Positions 49,101 through 60,464 of a DNA stretch of 64,000 nucleotides are shown here, one piece after another (the first letter of the stretch is position 1; each line of letters begins with the position of its first letter). The stretch lies in the NCBI GenBank assembly GCA_964188305.1, contig OZ076895.1. One strand, written 5' to 3'. The translations under genes were made by a program, and so were the position numbers. The notes under the pieces were generated by a model. That model saw only the letters and a list, made by a program, of their open reading frames with translations, was not told the origin of the DNA and searched no databases. This stretch comes from Podarcis bocagei. Lineage: Eukaryota.

Positions 49101-52100
49101 TCTCAGAACTTTGATTTGTGGATTAAGACACATAATCAATGAACAAATCCATGCCTGCTTCTGTACTGTACTTAGGAGTTTTAAAGTTTCTTTAAAACTT
49201 GACCAGCTACTTATAGCAGCCAATATCTCCTCCAAGGCTACACAGTAAAGAATCTGTTTTAAAACGCTCCCAGAAAGCACCTGTATATCACAACATGCAG
49301 AATTGTACAAAGAAAAAGATGGCTGTTCCCATGCAATGGAGGAAGTGTTTGGTTCCGCAAGTAGCTGTAAAATGTTGACAAAAGGGGCAGCCCTTGGACC
49401 ATCTCAAAAGCAGTTCTTTCAGTAAAACAGGGCAGATTTTTAAAATTTAAAACATCTATCCATAAACTGGATGGCATGGAGTTAGTTTTGTGAATACACA
49501 AAACTGACACAGGACAGAACTGGGGTGATCCATCCACCCCAACAAAATGTTCCTTAAAACACTGCCTAGTGTGGAAAATAGGAAGAGTAAGCAAATTAAT
49601 GAGGAAAGAAAAAATAGTACTGAACTGTTTAAAAAGTCCTTTCTGTGGGAATGCTGCAACTTCTCCCTCCCTCCAATTCTGGTACTCTTGTGACTTTTTC
49701 CACAGGCGCGTGTGTTTACCTGAAGCCTTCCTCACTGCTGACATAATACTTAGCACCCTGCAAAATATCTCTGAGGGTCTTGTGGTATATCCCAAGGTAA
49801 GAAGACTCAGAGGAAGTGTGAGCGGTCTCTTTCTCCTGTATTGGTGGTTTTCAAACTGTTTTCTGGGAAAAGCCTAGGGTCCCTTGGAAGCTTTTCAGGG
49901 TGTTGTCACCTGAAACACAGCTTGCTTCCTGTTATCAGTCTTCCCTTCACAGCCACTGTGAGTTGAATATGTATTTTTAATGCACACTCAGTTAACACAG
50001 GAGTGCTGGCAAGGACCAACAACCCTAGCCACAACTCCACACAACTAAGCATAGACACACACACACACACAGCAAGACTTCCTTCGCAGACATGAGATTA
50101 GTACTTTAAGAACAGAAAATTTCAAAAACTCTGCCATAAATCAGCACCCACTTCCAGCCCTGGGCATGTATAAGGAAGGAAATAGCTCAGCTGGAAGAGC
50201 ATGAGACTCATCTTAGGGTCGTGGGTTCGAGCCCCACGTTGGGCAAAAGTTTCCTGCATTGCAGGGGGTTGGACTCAATGGCCCTTGTGTTCCTTCCAAT
50301 TCTACAGTTCTATGATTCTAAGCTTTTAAAAACAATCTGATTCATGTCAACTGTTAAATTCCATTTAGCTGCATAGCGGAGTTTTTACAGATGGGTAGGG
50401 CACAGCCACTACGAAGCAGATACCCAGTGCAGGTCCAATCTAATGAATGCTGGGCACAGTAAAGTTTGGGAACCTCTATCCAAGGGATTAAGATAGCAGT
50501 TTCAGGAGTCTGCAGCAGGTTTCAACTGTGCACAGTTCCAGTGGACTAGCTTATATAAGAAGAACCCATCCCCTGAATAGTTTTTACTTCTCTTGTAATA
50601 TTGAAGAAAAAATCATTTAACACATAACTGTTTAAATTAATAAATGCATGCGTGGCATTTTAAAAAGTAAGAGCAGGCATACAACTCCCTGAAGTATGGT
50701 GGTGAGACAAAACTGACAACTTGAAGCATTTTTTAAATTCATTCATTACTATGTTATTTTTACTGTGAACAAGAGAGGTAGCTGGCTTGCTCCACAGGAG
50801 TGCGGCGAAGTTGTTTAGACTTCCTGTTTTAACATTAAATCTGTGTAAGGAGGCAGTATTTTTTCTTCTTCAGTTTTAATTAGGAATGAGCTATTATTAT
50901 TCATGAGGTGTAGCAGAGTCTGGAATGATATAAAATTTGAGGCTAATGAAGGACATGCCATCTAGCAGTAGAAACTGCTCTCTAAATTATGAATCTATTT
51001 GTCCTTGTATCCCAGTCTTACCAGTCTTATCTATTCTGACTGGCAACAAACAGTTCTTCAGGGACTTGGGCAGAGGTCCTTCTACCGTTCTACTAATCTG
51101 GGGCCTTCTCTATTCAAAGCATGTACTTTTATTGCCGAGCTGTTATCTCTCCCCTGAATAAATAAAATAATGAAGAGTAACATAGAAACTGGATTTTCCA
51201 GTCCATTTTGTAAATACTGTACTTATATTTGATGTTTGATTTAGGTTATTGCGAGACGTATTCAGCAAGAGTTGCCTTTCATGTGTACAGAAAATATTAT
51301 CATGGCTATGGTGAAAGCTGGGGGCAATCGCCAGGTATGTACCTAACTAGGCTCTCATTTACAGGCCCTTAAGGGGACTTTTCATGCCAGGAAGTAGAGG
51401 GGTTGGAAGAAAGTTGTGACACCAGTATCTTGAACTCTTTGCTGTTTCACAATCTAACCCTGTTGTTATGCACATCCTCTTTCTTTCATCATGTTGCGTA
51501 TTTCTAAATTTTACAAGTTCAGCTACCAGGGAAGGCATTAGTTTTGTTTTATCACCAGTTTTAGTGTATTTAGAAAGCAGAGATGAAACATTGCAATGTG
51601 CCTATCTTTTTCAAATTAATTATTATAATACTGAATGAGGATTCTTTTGGAAATAACTTATAAAATTCAGCACTGACTAAGGTTGTTTAAACTGTGGTTC
51701 AGCACTAACTCGTTCACTTCTTTACCCAAGATCCCTGCTGCCTCTAGATTTGTTTTCTTAGTATCGTATTAATGTTAGCGATTAGACAAATTGTCACCCT
51801 ACACATTTTTTTAAAGAGAAGTCTGAAATAATTTTTGTTTGTTGCATTGTTTGCTGCTACTTTTATCTTATTTCTGTACTTGTTATGCTCCCTTGATGCA
51901 TCTAGAACTGAGAAGTTATTGAGACAATATTCTGCAGTGATTGGCTACACAAAATACTGAAAGTTTCAGAAGAGGATGGAATTTTGCTATTTCTTATTGC
52001 AGTTTGTGTGTAATTAAAAAGAGAACTATTATGAATGGACTGAATGATAAAAAGACCCACTGAAGAGAGAATTCAGGCATTGCAACAATTCTGTCACACA

Positions 52101-53317
52101 CAGTTCAAATGTTGTTCATTGCCAGGTAGCCTAGCTCAGCCTCTTTTTGATGAGTTCCTGCACTCCATCTTAGAACCAAGACCAATTCAGATTTACTATG
52201 GCTTAAATACTAAGCCACTTCCCCCACTACGCTCTTTTCCCTCTTCCTCCCTGACTATATTCTGACATTTTGGTTGGCCTAATAGATACAGCCCTACAAT
52301 GGATTTTGGATTTTTTTATCGTGAGCCACAACTACATTAGCTTTTTGTAAATCCTGTATATGATACTTAGGATGTTTACCGTGTTTGCTGATGGTTTGTA
52401 ATGTGATGTTGACTTCTTTTTCATAGGATTGTCATGAGAAGATAAGGGTTCTGTCCCAGCAGGCAGCTGCTGTTGTGAAGCAAGAAGGGGGTGATAATGA
52501 CCTCATTGAACGTATTCGTGCAGATCCTTATTTCAGCCCTATTCATGGAGAACTGGAATCTCTTTTGGAGCCCAAGTCCTTTACTGGACGTGCTTCCCAG
52601 CAGGTAAGAACAAGAAAGTTCTTATGAGGTTGCCGTGGACTCTAGTCCACCTAAAGCTTTATGTTCTCTACCTGTGACTGTTTCTTTCTTTGTCTTTCTT
52701 TGTAACCTTTCTCACTCCATTTGAAAAAAATTCATCTATTACCCCTTGTTTTTGTTTCTTCTGCCATAAGCTCCCCTGTGAATGAACCACTTTCCCCCTC
52801 CTTATTCTATTTAGACATTCCCTTCATCCATTGCTACCCAACCTTCCTCTAACTACATATTCCTGCCTTTTTATTTAATTGCCTGCCCCACCCTGTCTTA
52901 CTGGTTCAGTGCAGATTGTAGTACAGTAGCCTGTATCAGCCAGTTCTTCATTTACCAGTTAAGCAAAGCTAGGCTTTAACAGGAGCGGTTTGAGAAAGAT
53001 TCTTGGCATATCTCCCATATCTGGAAGAATTCACTTTCTGTACTTCTAACATTTCCTTTTCATTGTTAATGGTGTGCTTTGGGTGGGGACAAATCTAGTC
53101 TTTGCCTTCTCTGGTTCCTGCGTGTTCTGAGTTACAGGGAAGTGTGCAGAATAGAGTAATTGGTTAATATGCTAAGACTAAACAAGTAGTTATTCTTTTA
53201 ATGCCTTTTTCCTCCCTTCTTCCATAACAGGTAGCAAGATTCCTAAAAGAAGAGGTCCACCCCGTGCTTACCCCTTATAAGAGCAAGATGGATGTGACAA
53301 TGGAGCTGTCTCTTTGA
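36851..53317 (+). CDS. ADSL: Adenylosuccinate lyase, complete, 13 exons, 481 aa
   Basis: Exons 36851-36994, 41384-41587, 43428-43472, 44045-44124, 44388-44559, 45038-45084, 45771-45861, 46637-46706, 48538-48685, 49706-49796, 51245-51334, 52427-52603, 53231-53317 sum to 1446 nt in one frame; motifs RHDVMAH, HLGATS, GFTHYQPAQ, SSAMxYKRNP, [11 protein letters not shown]. Confidence 0.98.
37110..37143 (+). repeat. (CA)n microsatellite in ADSL intron 1
   Basis: Direct reading. Confidence 0.95.
37361..37570 (+). mobile_element. Tigger-like MITE, family shared with 41639 and 48175
   Basis: TA|cagtggcacct ... gaggtaaccactg|TA; shared core ctccgctaac and acgaattaagttc. Confidence 0.88.
39680..39990 (-). 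mobile_element. L2-like LINE 3' fragments
   Basis: Minus-strand [17 protein letters not shown] resembles the L2 ORF2 C-terminal LHWLP motif; AT-rich tail-like segment follows. Confidence 0.55.
41384..41587 (+). CDS. ADSL: ADSL exon 2
   Basis: ttgtag| SLGLPIT...RHDVMAH...GDNT |gtaaaa, 204 nt. Confidence 0.96.
41639..41871 (+). mobile_element. Tigger-like MITE about 50 nt after ADSL exon 2
   Basis: TA|cagtcgtacctc ... gaggtaccactg|TA. Confidence 0.88.
42065..43203. mobile_element. Tc2/pogo-like non-autonomous element with internal GC-rich minisatellite
   Basis: Perfect 28-bp TIR ccgtatttttcgctctataggacgcact, TA on both sides. Confidence 0.93.
43428..43472 (+). CDS. ADSL: ADSL exon 3
   Basis: [15 protein letters not shown], 45 nt, ag|...|gtaaga. 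Confidence 0.94.
44045..44124 (+). CDS. ADSL: ADSL exon 4
   Basis: LARVISRL...LGFTHY, 80 nt, |gtaagt. Confidence 0.95.
44388..44559 (+). CDS. ADSL: ADSL exon 5
   Basis: [10 protein letters not shown]...[11 protein letters not shown]...DHDK, 172 nt, |gtacgt. Confidence 0.95.
45038..45084 (+). CDS. ADSL: ADSL exon 6
   Basis: [16 protein letters not shown], 47 nt; acceptor cctgag|, donor |gtatgt. Confidence 0.88.
45771..45861 (+). CDS. ADSL: ADSL exon 7
   Basis: [14 protein letters not shown]...VHK, 91 nt. Confidence 0.95.
46637..46706 (+). CDS. ADSL: ADSL exon 8
   Basis: [23 protein letters not shown], 70 nt. Confidence 0.95.
47805..47927. mobile_element. Short hAT MITE
   Basis: ggggtagggaacctc ... 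ggctccccatgccta with palindromic core; related copy near 63143-63270. Confidence 0.65.
48175..48367 (-). mobile_element. Tigger-like MITE, inverted relative to 37361 and 41639
   Basis: TA|cagtggtacctcgggttac ... gtaacccgaggtaccactg|TA. Confidence 0.9.
48538..48685 (+). CDS. ADSL: ADSL exon 9 (catalytic SS loop)
   Basis: [18 protein letters not shown]...DDSAN, 148 nt. Confidence 0.96.
48862..49030. mobile_element. Short Tc2-like MITE
   Basis: TA|ccgtatttttt ... gaaaaatacgg|TA; same TIR type as 42065-43203. Confidence 0.85.
49706..49796 (+). CDS. ADSL: ADSL exon 10
   Basis: RVCLPEAFL...VYPK, 91 nt. Confidence 0.95.
50178..50320 (+). mobile_element. tRNA-Lys(CUU)-derived SINE with CR1 3' tail
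   Basis: tagctcag...gagcatgagactc...agggtcgtgggttcgagccccacgttgggc is near-identical to tRNA-Lys(CTT), then CR1 tail ccttccaattctacagttctatgattcta. Confidence 0.88.
51245..51334 (+). CDS. ADSL: ADSL exon 11
   Basis: [30 protein letters not shown], 90 nt. Confidence 0.95.
52427..52603 (+). CDS. ADSL: ADSL exon 12
   Basis: [11 protein letters not shown]...FTGRASQQ, 177 nt. Confidence 0.95.
53231..53317 (+). CDS. ADSL: ADSL exon 13 coding part
   Basis: [13 protein letters not shown]...ELSL*, TGA 53315-53317. Confidence 0.94.
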   Translation, partial: VARFLKEEVHPVLTPYKSKMDVTMELSL

Positions 53318-53362
53318 ATTAGTATTCAATTAGTATTTCATTAGGGTATTTGTGGGGAAGAT

Positions 53363-53368
53363 AATAAA
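53363..53368 (+). terminator. ADSL polyadenylation signal (very short 3' UTR)
   Basis: AATAAA 45 nt after the stop, with GU-rich sequence downstream. Confidence 0.7.
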
Positions 53369-54399
53369 ATATATTTCAAAACAGACGTGATATGTGAACT
53401 GAGTCTTAGAGGTTTTTGTGGCAAGTCTAGGAAATCTTAAGGACACGTAACATTTCTGGGAGAAGGATATGCAGTTGAATTAAAGCTAAAACTTGTATTG
53501 CAATTGGCGTGGGGCGTGGAGTTGGAATTTGCAAAAGCAATTGTTGGTTGAAGTGGGAGATCTGTAGGATAAAGTGTAGTGTTTCTTGGTGTACAGTGTC
53601 TTCAGTTTCCTGGCTATAAAACGGGAGTGGCTGACATACAAAGAGATGAAGCTATTTTATGGTTAGACCGAGCTGCTCTGAAATTATAGAGGTTGGTGCA
53701 ACTTCAAAGAGTTCATGCACACAAACAAATATTGGACTCTTGTTATAAATCACTCATTTCATTCATGGTTGTTACATTGTTCCTGAGGCAGGAATGTTAG
53801 AAATTGTTTTAAGCACAGGGTTGGAATCAGAAAGCAAGGGGGCATTTTACTCCTAGGGTTGCATTGTTTAGTAGAAGAGGAATGAATGCCTCTTCTCTCT
53901 CAGATAGAAGGGAATTCCTGCTGGGATGTGCTATATGGTTCCCATCTCTCAAAGCAAGAAATAATTCATTTCCCCATGAGAACTGTTATTCATATAGGAT
54001 TTTACACAGATTTAATCAATTGATCAGTTAAAAGTCACACAATTATGTATTTTACCGAGTTCGTTTTATAAGGGCCTGCAAGGGGCGCCAGAGTAGCCAG
54101 GAACTGCTGTAGGGAAAAGAACGTAGAAGAATGGAGGTGCAGAAAAGTAAATAGTCCGTAACATTCTTTGTCAGCAAAGTATGAGAGTAACACGAGAGAC
54201 TTATAGGAAGCTTAGAGAAAGAAACTAGTCACACTGCACAGCTGGTCTTGTTTATTTCCCTCTTTCTCCTTCATTTTACGCTTTTGGAGGAATAAAAGTA
54301 TGTCACATTTTCCGGAGAGTCACAAGGTGTCTGTATTCATTTGAGCTCCGGCACTGGGCTTGGAAGGAGGTGGGGCCGAGGGCTCGGTTTAACCAGATT

Positions 54400-54560
54400 T
54401 AAGAACATAAAGAGAGCCCTGCTGGTTCAGACCAAAGACTTCTTTGGAACAGCATCATGCTTCCCTCACTGGCTGAGTAGTTGCCCCTGGGAAGCCCACA
54501 AGCAGGACATGAGCACAATAGTCCTCTTTCCTGCTCATGAGCCCCAGCAATTGGCAGGAA
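54400..54560 (-). mobile_element. CR1-like 3' end remnant
   Basis: taagaacataaagagagccctgctggttcagaccaaag resembles a CR1 tail (recall). Confidence 0.55.
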
Positions 54561-55539
54561 GACTAGATTCCTGCATTGTAAACAGATCCCCTCATCTTCA
54601 GATCCCATCACATGACACGAGAACTAAAGTTGTGGGAAACACTAGTATGCAATCTTGGACTATACAGGGCGTGGCTACATTGCAGGGCTGTTGTAAATCA
54701 GCAGGTCAGCCTCAGCTCCACCTCCAACTTGCTATTTTAAGAGCATGCTGCATAACAGGGTGTGCTATGCCTCAGTTGCTGAGCTGCCCCAATTTGCAGC
54801 ATGAGGATAAACAATAGTAGATCACATTGCAAGGGATGTGGAGAGCCACCCTCTCTCAGCAACCCACTTGCAATATAGGGATTTGCATTTTCAGCCCAGT
54901 CTTTTTTTAATCATAATAAAAAGTTTAACACTCTTGTTGCTATTTATTTTTGAAACGCCTTTCATACGTGTGCATTTTACAACCATAAAGTAAAACAACT
55001 AAAATAGGTTTAATAACAATACAAATATCAACCTAAAGAAAAATTAACCCAGCTGGGAAAGCTTGTCCAAACAAGGGTGTCTTCCGTTGTTTCAGAAAAC
55101 GAAAAGTAGCAGGCATGCTGCTACTTAGGGATGCTGTTTCAACAAGATGGACAGCCGCACTCAAAAGCCCTGCAATGGAGCAGGCTTATAATTTAGGAAA
55201 TCCAGGGAGAAGCAATAGCTGCTGTATTATTTTATCATATTAATTTCGGACAAAATAAGAACAGAATTGGAAAACAAAATGAACGCCGTTCTTGATTATA
55301 TATTTTCTCCCTTTGGGTGGAGGGCACCGGACAGAGTGAGCTGCACAGTCACTGTTTAAACGCTGAAATCCTGGATTTTTCCATAGTTCTTTAAGGGCAG
55401 TCGTCACTTTTACCCCGCTGACAAGTAGTCCCGTTTTTAAAGCAATAAACTCGGCTGCAATCCTAACCGCCTCTTCTCTGAACTAAATCCTGCTAAATCC
55501 AAGGAGTTGCTCCCAGGCAAGTGGGGCCAGGGTCAGGAT

Positions 55540-56210
55540 TGCAGGCGGCAGCAGCAGCCTTCGTCCCCTTTGAATACCGATGCTTAGAGTCGAAGATTCT
55601 AGCGACTACGGTTCCCGTGATGCTCTGCGGCGTTGGCGTCACGGTCGTGGTGGGGCTTTGGTTGCTGCGCATGCGTCGTGGGTTCGGTAGGCGCTGACGG
55701 GAACTAGATGCGGGGAAGAAGTGGAGGAAGGCTGAAGCCGTGGACGAAGGTGAGCGCCTGGAGTCCTTATGGATGGGCGGGCGGGCGGGCAGGCAAGAGG
55801 GACGGGTTGCTGGTGGGTGGAGACAAGAGGGGAGCAGGCAAGGGGTTTGTGTGGAGAGAGGAGGAGGAGGAAGAAGCAGCAGGCGGGGACCCCCGAGAAC
55901 AGGCGTCCTGTTTGCGTGTGTGGATGGACGGAGTGGCTGAGGGTCAGCCCCCCCCCCCGATGTGGGTGGCCGACTGAGGGCCGGAGCCTTAAAAGAATTG
56001 CCCCCCACGCCCAGGTGAAGGCAGGTGGAAGAGAGGTGGCCATGAATCAGGTGGGTGGGGGTCACATGACGTAGATCTGGTTTGGGGAGACGGTTAGGAA
56101 TCCCCGCACCTTTCGCCTTTCCTCCCCCCCCCCCTGCGAAATTAAGGTCTTGTTCTCGGGCTGGCCGTGAGGGAAACGCTGCCACTGTAGAAGGAGAGGC
56201 ACTGTTTCGG
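55540..56210 (+). promoter_or_regulatory. CpG-island promoter of the next gene (probably SGSM3)
   Basis: CpG-dense; ZNF143-like actacggttcccgtgatgctctgcg 55605-55629; NRF1-like tgcgcatgcg 55666-55675; E-box gtcacatgac 56061-56070. Confidence 0.8.
55690..55749 (+). other. SGSM3: Probable non-coding first exon of SGSM3 (start approximate)
   Basis: Strong donor GAAG|gtgagc at 55749/55750 inside the CpG island; identity rests only on TNRC6B-ADSL-SGSM3 synteny, no coding sequence seen. Confidence 0.55.
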
Positions 56211-59200
56211 TGAAGCAAAGCTGTTATGCCTGATAGCAGACCATCTGGTCTAAATGGAAGCCGGCAGAGAGGGTGTCAGCGTTGTATCTGCTCCTTCCTC
56301 TCCCAAAACTCAACAGGCTAAGAAGGTGGTCACCAAGGTCTGGACTAGTTTAGCCTTTATTGATGAGGCTCACATGTCTTGTCATGCCCTTGCGATGGCC
56401 AACTAAAATTCACAAAGTAGCCAGCAAGCTTTTGCATTCTCCAGAAAAAGTGTTCTTCAGGCTAGCTTTTACCCAAAGTGGACAAGGAAAACGGTGGGGG
56501 GGGGGAGAGAGAGACATATTATTTTAAAAGCCCCCAAATCTGAAGTTTGTAAGATGGAGGGTCAGGAAGGGTTATGCATGTTTAATTAGATTAGAATGTG
56601 TTTTTCAGCTAGTACTTTCTAATCTAATTAAAGTCTGAATAATGTTATTAAACTACAATGGATTTTGGATTCCCCCTCCACAGATCAACAGAGCAATCCA
56701 TAGGTAAGGGGTGGGGTGGAAAGACAGTTGAATGTATGACCAGCTATAAATAGGTAACCCCATTTTCCTACTATTGACTTCTTATGTTATCAGTGTATTA
56801 TACATACTTCTCTTTTGCCTTGCTCCTTTAAATAAGTGTGTGCTTACTAGTTTGTATTATTGAGAATATTATGTAGAGGAGACTAGAGTGATATTTTGTA
56901 TGGGATACCTTTAAACAGAAATGGATTTTTAGCATTTCATAAGGGAAATATCTGCTGTTGTAAGAAGGGCACGTGTAACCTAGAATAATAATTCTATTGC
57001 ATTCACACATGTCCCACTTGATGGCACTGTCAGGTGTCGCTTGACATAGAACATCCTATGCAATGCTTTTCTCTTTCCTCTAATTATCTCTCCCCTGTTT
57101 CTGAAGCTTTTGTGTCCATCTATTAATACTTTCCTCTTCTAACATATTTATATCCTATCCAATTTTTCTAGAAGGGTGTATGGAGAAACAAGGTTTCAAT
57201 GAATACAACAGTCCATAAAGCAAAATCTTCTATTCCTTTAGCACTGTACTGTGCACAGGACTGTCCCAAATGCATATGCGGGTCAGTGTGTACTGGTGCT
57301 GTGAGGCAGGTTTGGTTTTGTCTGCCCCTCTCCCAACCAAATTCCTGTTTGTACATAACCACTTTGCTTGCCTAGGCTTTCCTCCCTTTTTGTGCCCTCC
57401 ATTCACTATAATGACACTCTGGGATATCGCTAATCCTATTACAAGTATGTAGCTTGAGGTTTAGAACTTGCCCGAATTGTACCCACATTATGAATTCTAA
57501 TCAGTCTACTAGAAGAAAAATAATCCAGATCAAGCATATTCAATCTCAAAAGCTATTGCTTCATCTGAGTTTCATTATCTTAAGTTACACTGATTACCTA
57601 AACTAATGCCAGGTGCTGTTGTAGATGGCAGTTTCATTTTATAAAAAGGGCATGCTCCATCTGGAGTGATACCAGTATTTTTTAATATTTCATTGAAAGA
57701 TTAATTGTTGTGCTTTGATGACTCACAGGACCACACTGCAGTTTTCTGACTCATTCCCCCCCCCCCAAAGCATTCATGATTAGATTTGTTTGTTTGTTTC
57801 CTTGCGTGTTCCCTGTTCATTTTTTGTTTCCCTTTCTTTCAACTTTTCTAGTTCTCAGTCCTGTAATGTGATCTGTTTTCTCCTTTGAAGTAGCTGATTG
57901 CTTGCAAGTGACCAAATCATGTGATCTTTCAGTTCTAACAGACCGACCCTATGCCTGTTTATCCAGTAATAAGTCCTAGTGAGTTCAGCTGGACTTGCTG
58001 TTAAATTAACTGTATCATAACAGCTGTTCTTTATTCTGTGTGACTTACTTCCAAGTAAATGTAGACTTGCTATGCTACATGCAGTTAGGCTGCAGTCCTA
58101 ATCCCACTTAAATGGGAATATGCCCTACTAAATTCAATTGTACTTACTTCTGAGTAGACCTGGTTAGGTTTGGGACTAAGCTCATAGAACCCAATAGGAT
58201 TTATTTTTGAGTAACCATGCATGGAAGTGTTCTGTATTGATGTATTCCTTGCCTTAAGAGCTGCTTACGATAGAATCTAGTGTTGTGCACTCTCACAATG
58301 CAACTTGCCCGTCTTCTTTTCTCCACTGCGCCCCCTACACTAAACTGCTCTGGAGGGTTAGGGGATGCTCTTAAGCAGATTTGGAACTCATAGTGGACTG
58401 CAGGGGCAATGGGAGGAAGGGGAGGTGTCTCTTGGCACAAGTGAAGTTTGTTCCACTTGTAAATGCACAGCATTGGGCTCAACTCTGTGCCTTGGATAAG
58501 GGTCAATTTCAGGGGTTCCTAGAATTAGAATAAACAAAGGCTTTTATAAAGGTCCTTAAGTAAGAAAACTAGAGAAGTGAAAATGCATTGGAGTCCGAGG
58601 GACACAAACGTCTGAGTTTATGTGAGAAAGTTCTTCTGAAGTGGTGTATTTTTGGTATTTCCAAAATACCAAGGGTAGTTGATTTTCAGCAATTGCTGTA
58701 GTTTATTTTACAGCAATTGTAAAATTACAGAATTACAGCTTTCTGTTTAATTATCCCATGTTTTGCTTTGCAACAGTCTATTGTAGTGATGTGTAAGGCA
58801 ATATATTATTGTCCAGGTAACAAGGCAAAAAGTAATGTAATGTTTGGGACTGAACATCCGTGAGTCAATGAAGGTGCCAAAAGTCTCTCTGCAGGAGTTA
58901 GGGATGTTTGACTTTGAGCATTTCTCACTTGGGGACATGTTACACGTGGGATTCTGTAGAGTTAAATATGAAAACATGTTCAGCAATCCACATTGGTTGT
59001 GTCCCTTTAAAACTTCATACAAAATCCCTTATGCACTGTAAGTAGCATATTGCTTTAATAAACCCTCAGGAAAAATATTCATTTAACAAATAAAACCACA
59101 ACAGATATTCTCCTGATCCTACCCTTGCCTCTCTTATCTGTTACTGCCCTGTTGCAGGTGTGTATGCTTTACCTAGAATTGGCATTAATTCTTCAAGTTA

Positions 59201-60102
59201 ATATTTGATTTCTGAATGGGGAGGAGCTCTTCTTAGCTTCTACTAAACAATAGAGAAGTAGACATTCATGACAGATGGGATAAGAATAGGTGTAAGGAGT
59301 GGCCTTAACACTTCCTTCAGTTGACAAAACCTTCCCTTTTTCACCATGCTACGTAGCTTGAGTTTTTACAAACTCCACGTGTCATGTTGAACAACTTTTA
59401 TTGTTTGCATGGGCCTAGCTCACTCTAGGAAACGCCTAAAGACTGAGGGCTATTAAAATGTTAATCTATAGTGAATCAGTTGCTTGCCTCTCGTGTCTAT
59501 ATTTTAATACCTTTTTAATATCTATTTTTAAGGAAATATTTCATATTTCTTTTTTTAAAAAAACTTACTATCCTTAAATCATCTTCTAAAAAACTAACTG
59601 GAAAATTACATAAAATGGCTACAAAATTTAAACAACCACCAGCTTTATAACATCAATAGTTTCTGCTTTCACAAGCATTGTTCGTGTTTTGGTATCCCTG
59701 GCATCAGCAAATCAGCTGTGACTTTATTTCTGTATTTATTCCTCTATTACTAATGTGTTTTAGTTGTTTGTCTTGGCCATTCTTTCACTAACATTTTTTG
59801 GTTACATTTACAAATGTTTGCAAGAATTTTGGATTCTGCAAATAAATTGTCAAGCGTTGCTCTTTAAAAAAAATAAAATTTCTTCAATTCTTCAGCAAAA
59901 TAACCTCTATAGTGAACTCCAAAACATCTTATACATTCCTTGATAACTCCTGGAAGATATTTCCAATATATTGTATTACTTTGTCACCAAATATATAAGA
60001 ATTCTGTATTGCTAGTATGCAGCACTAATTTTGTTGCCTTCTAGGATCTCCCCTCCCGCATTCTGAAAGTGTAGCAAGAATGAAAGAACTTAATATTTGG
60101 TA

Positions 60103-60464
60103 AGGTAAAGGTAAAGGTACCCCTGCCCGTACGGGCCAGTCTTGACAGACTCTAGGGTTGTGCGCCCATTTCACTTAAGAGGCCGGGGGCCAGCGCTGTC
60201 CGGAGACACTTCCGGGTCACGTGGCCAGCGTGACAAAGCTGCATCTGGTGAGCCAGCGCAGCACACGGAACGCCGTTTACCTTCCCGCTAGTAAGCGGTC
60301 CCTATTTATCTACTTGCACCCGGGGGTGCTTTTGAACTGCTAGGTTGGCAGGCGCTGGGACCGAGCAACGGGAGCGCACCCCGCCGCGGGGATTCGAACC
60401 ACCGACCTTTCGATCGGCAAGCCCTAGGCACTGAGGCTTTTACCCACAGTGCCACCCGCGTCCC
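60103..60464 (-). mobile_element. Sauria SINE, full length, young
   Basis: Perfect 12-bp TSD taatatttggta (60091-60102, 60465-60476), (ACCTTT)n tail, many intact CpGs. Confidence 0.94.

Noticed and set aside
50178-50255. tRNA-Lys gene
   Set aside because: The anticodon loop is deleted, the 5' acceptor stem does not match, and it runs into a CR1 tail; it is a SINE head.
55493-56218. 241-aa minus-strand ORF
   Set aside because: Low-complexity Pro/Arg-rich reading typical of CpG islands; no recognisable domain.
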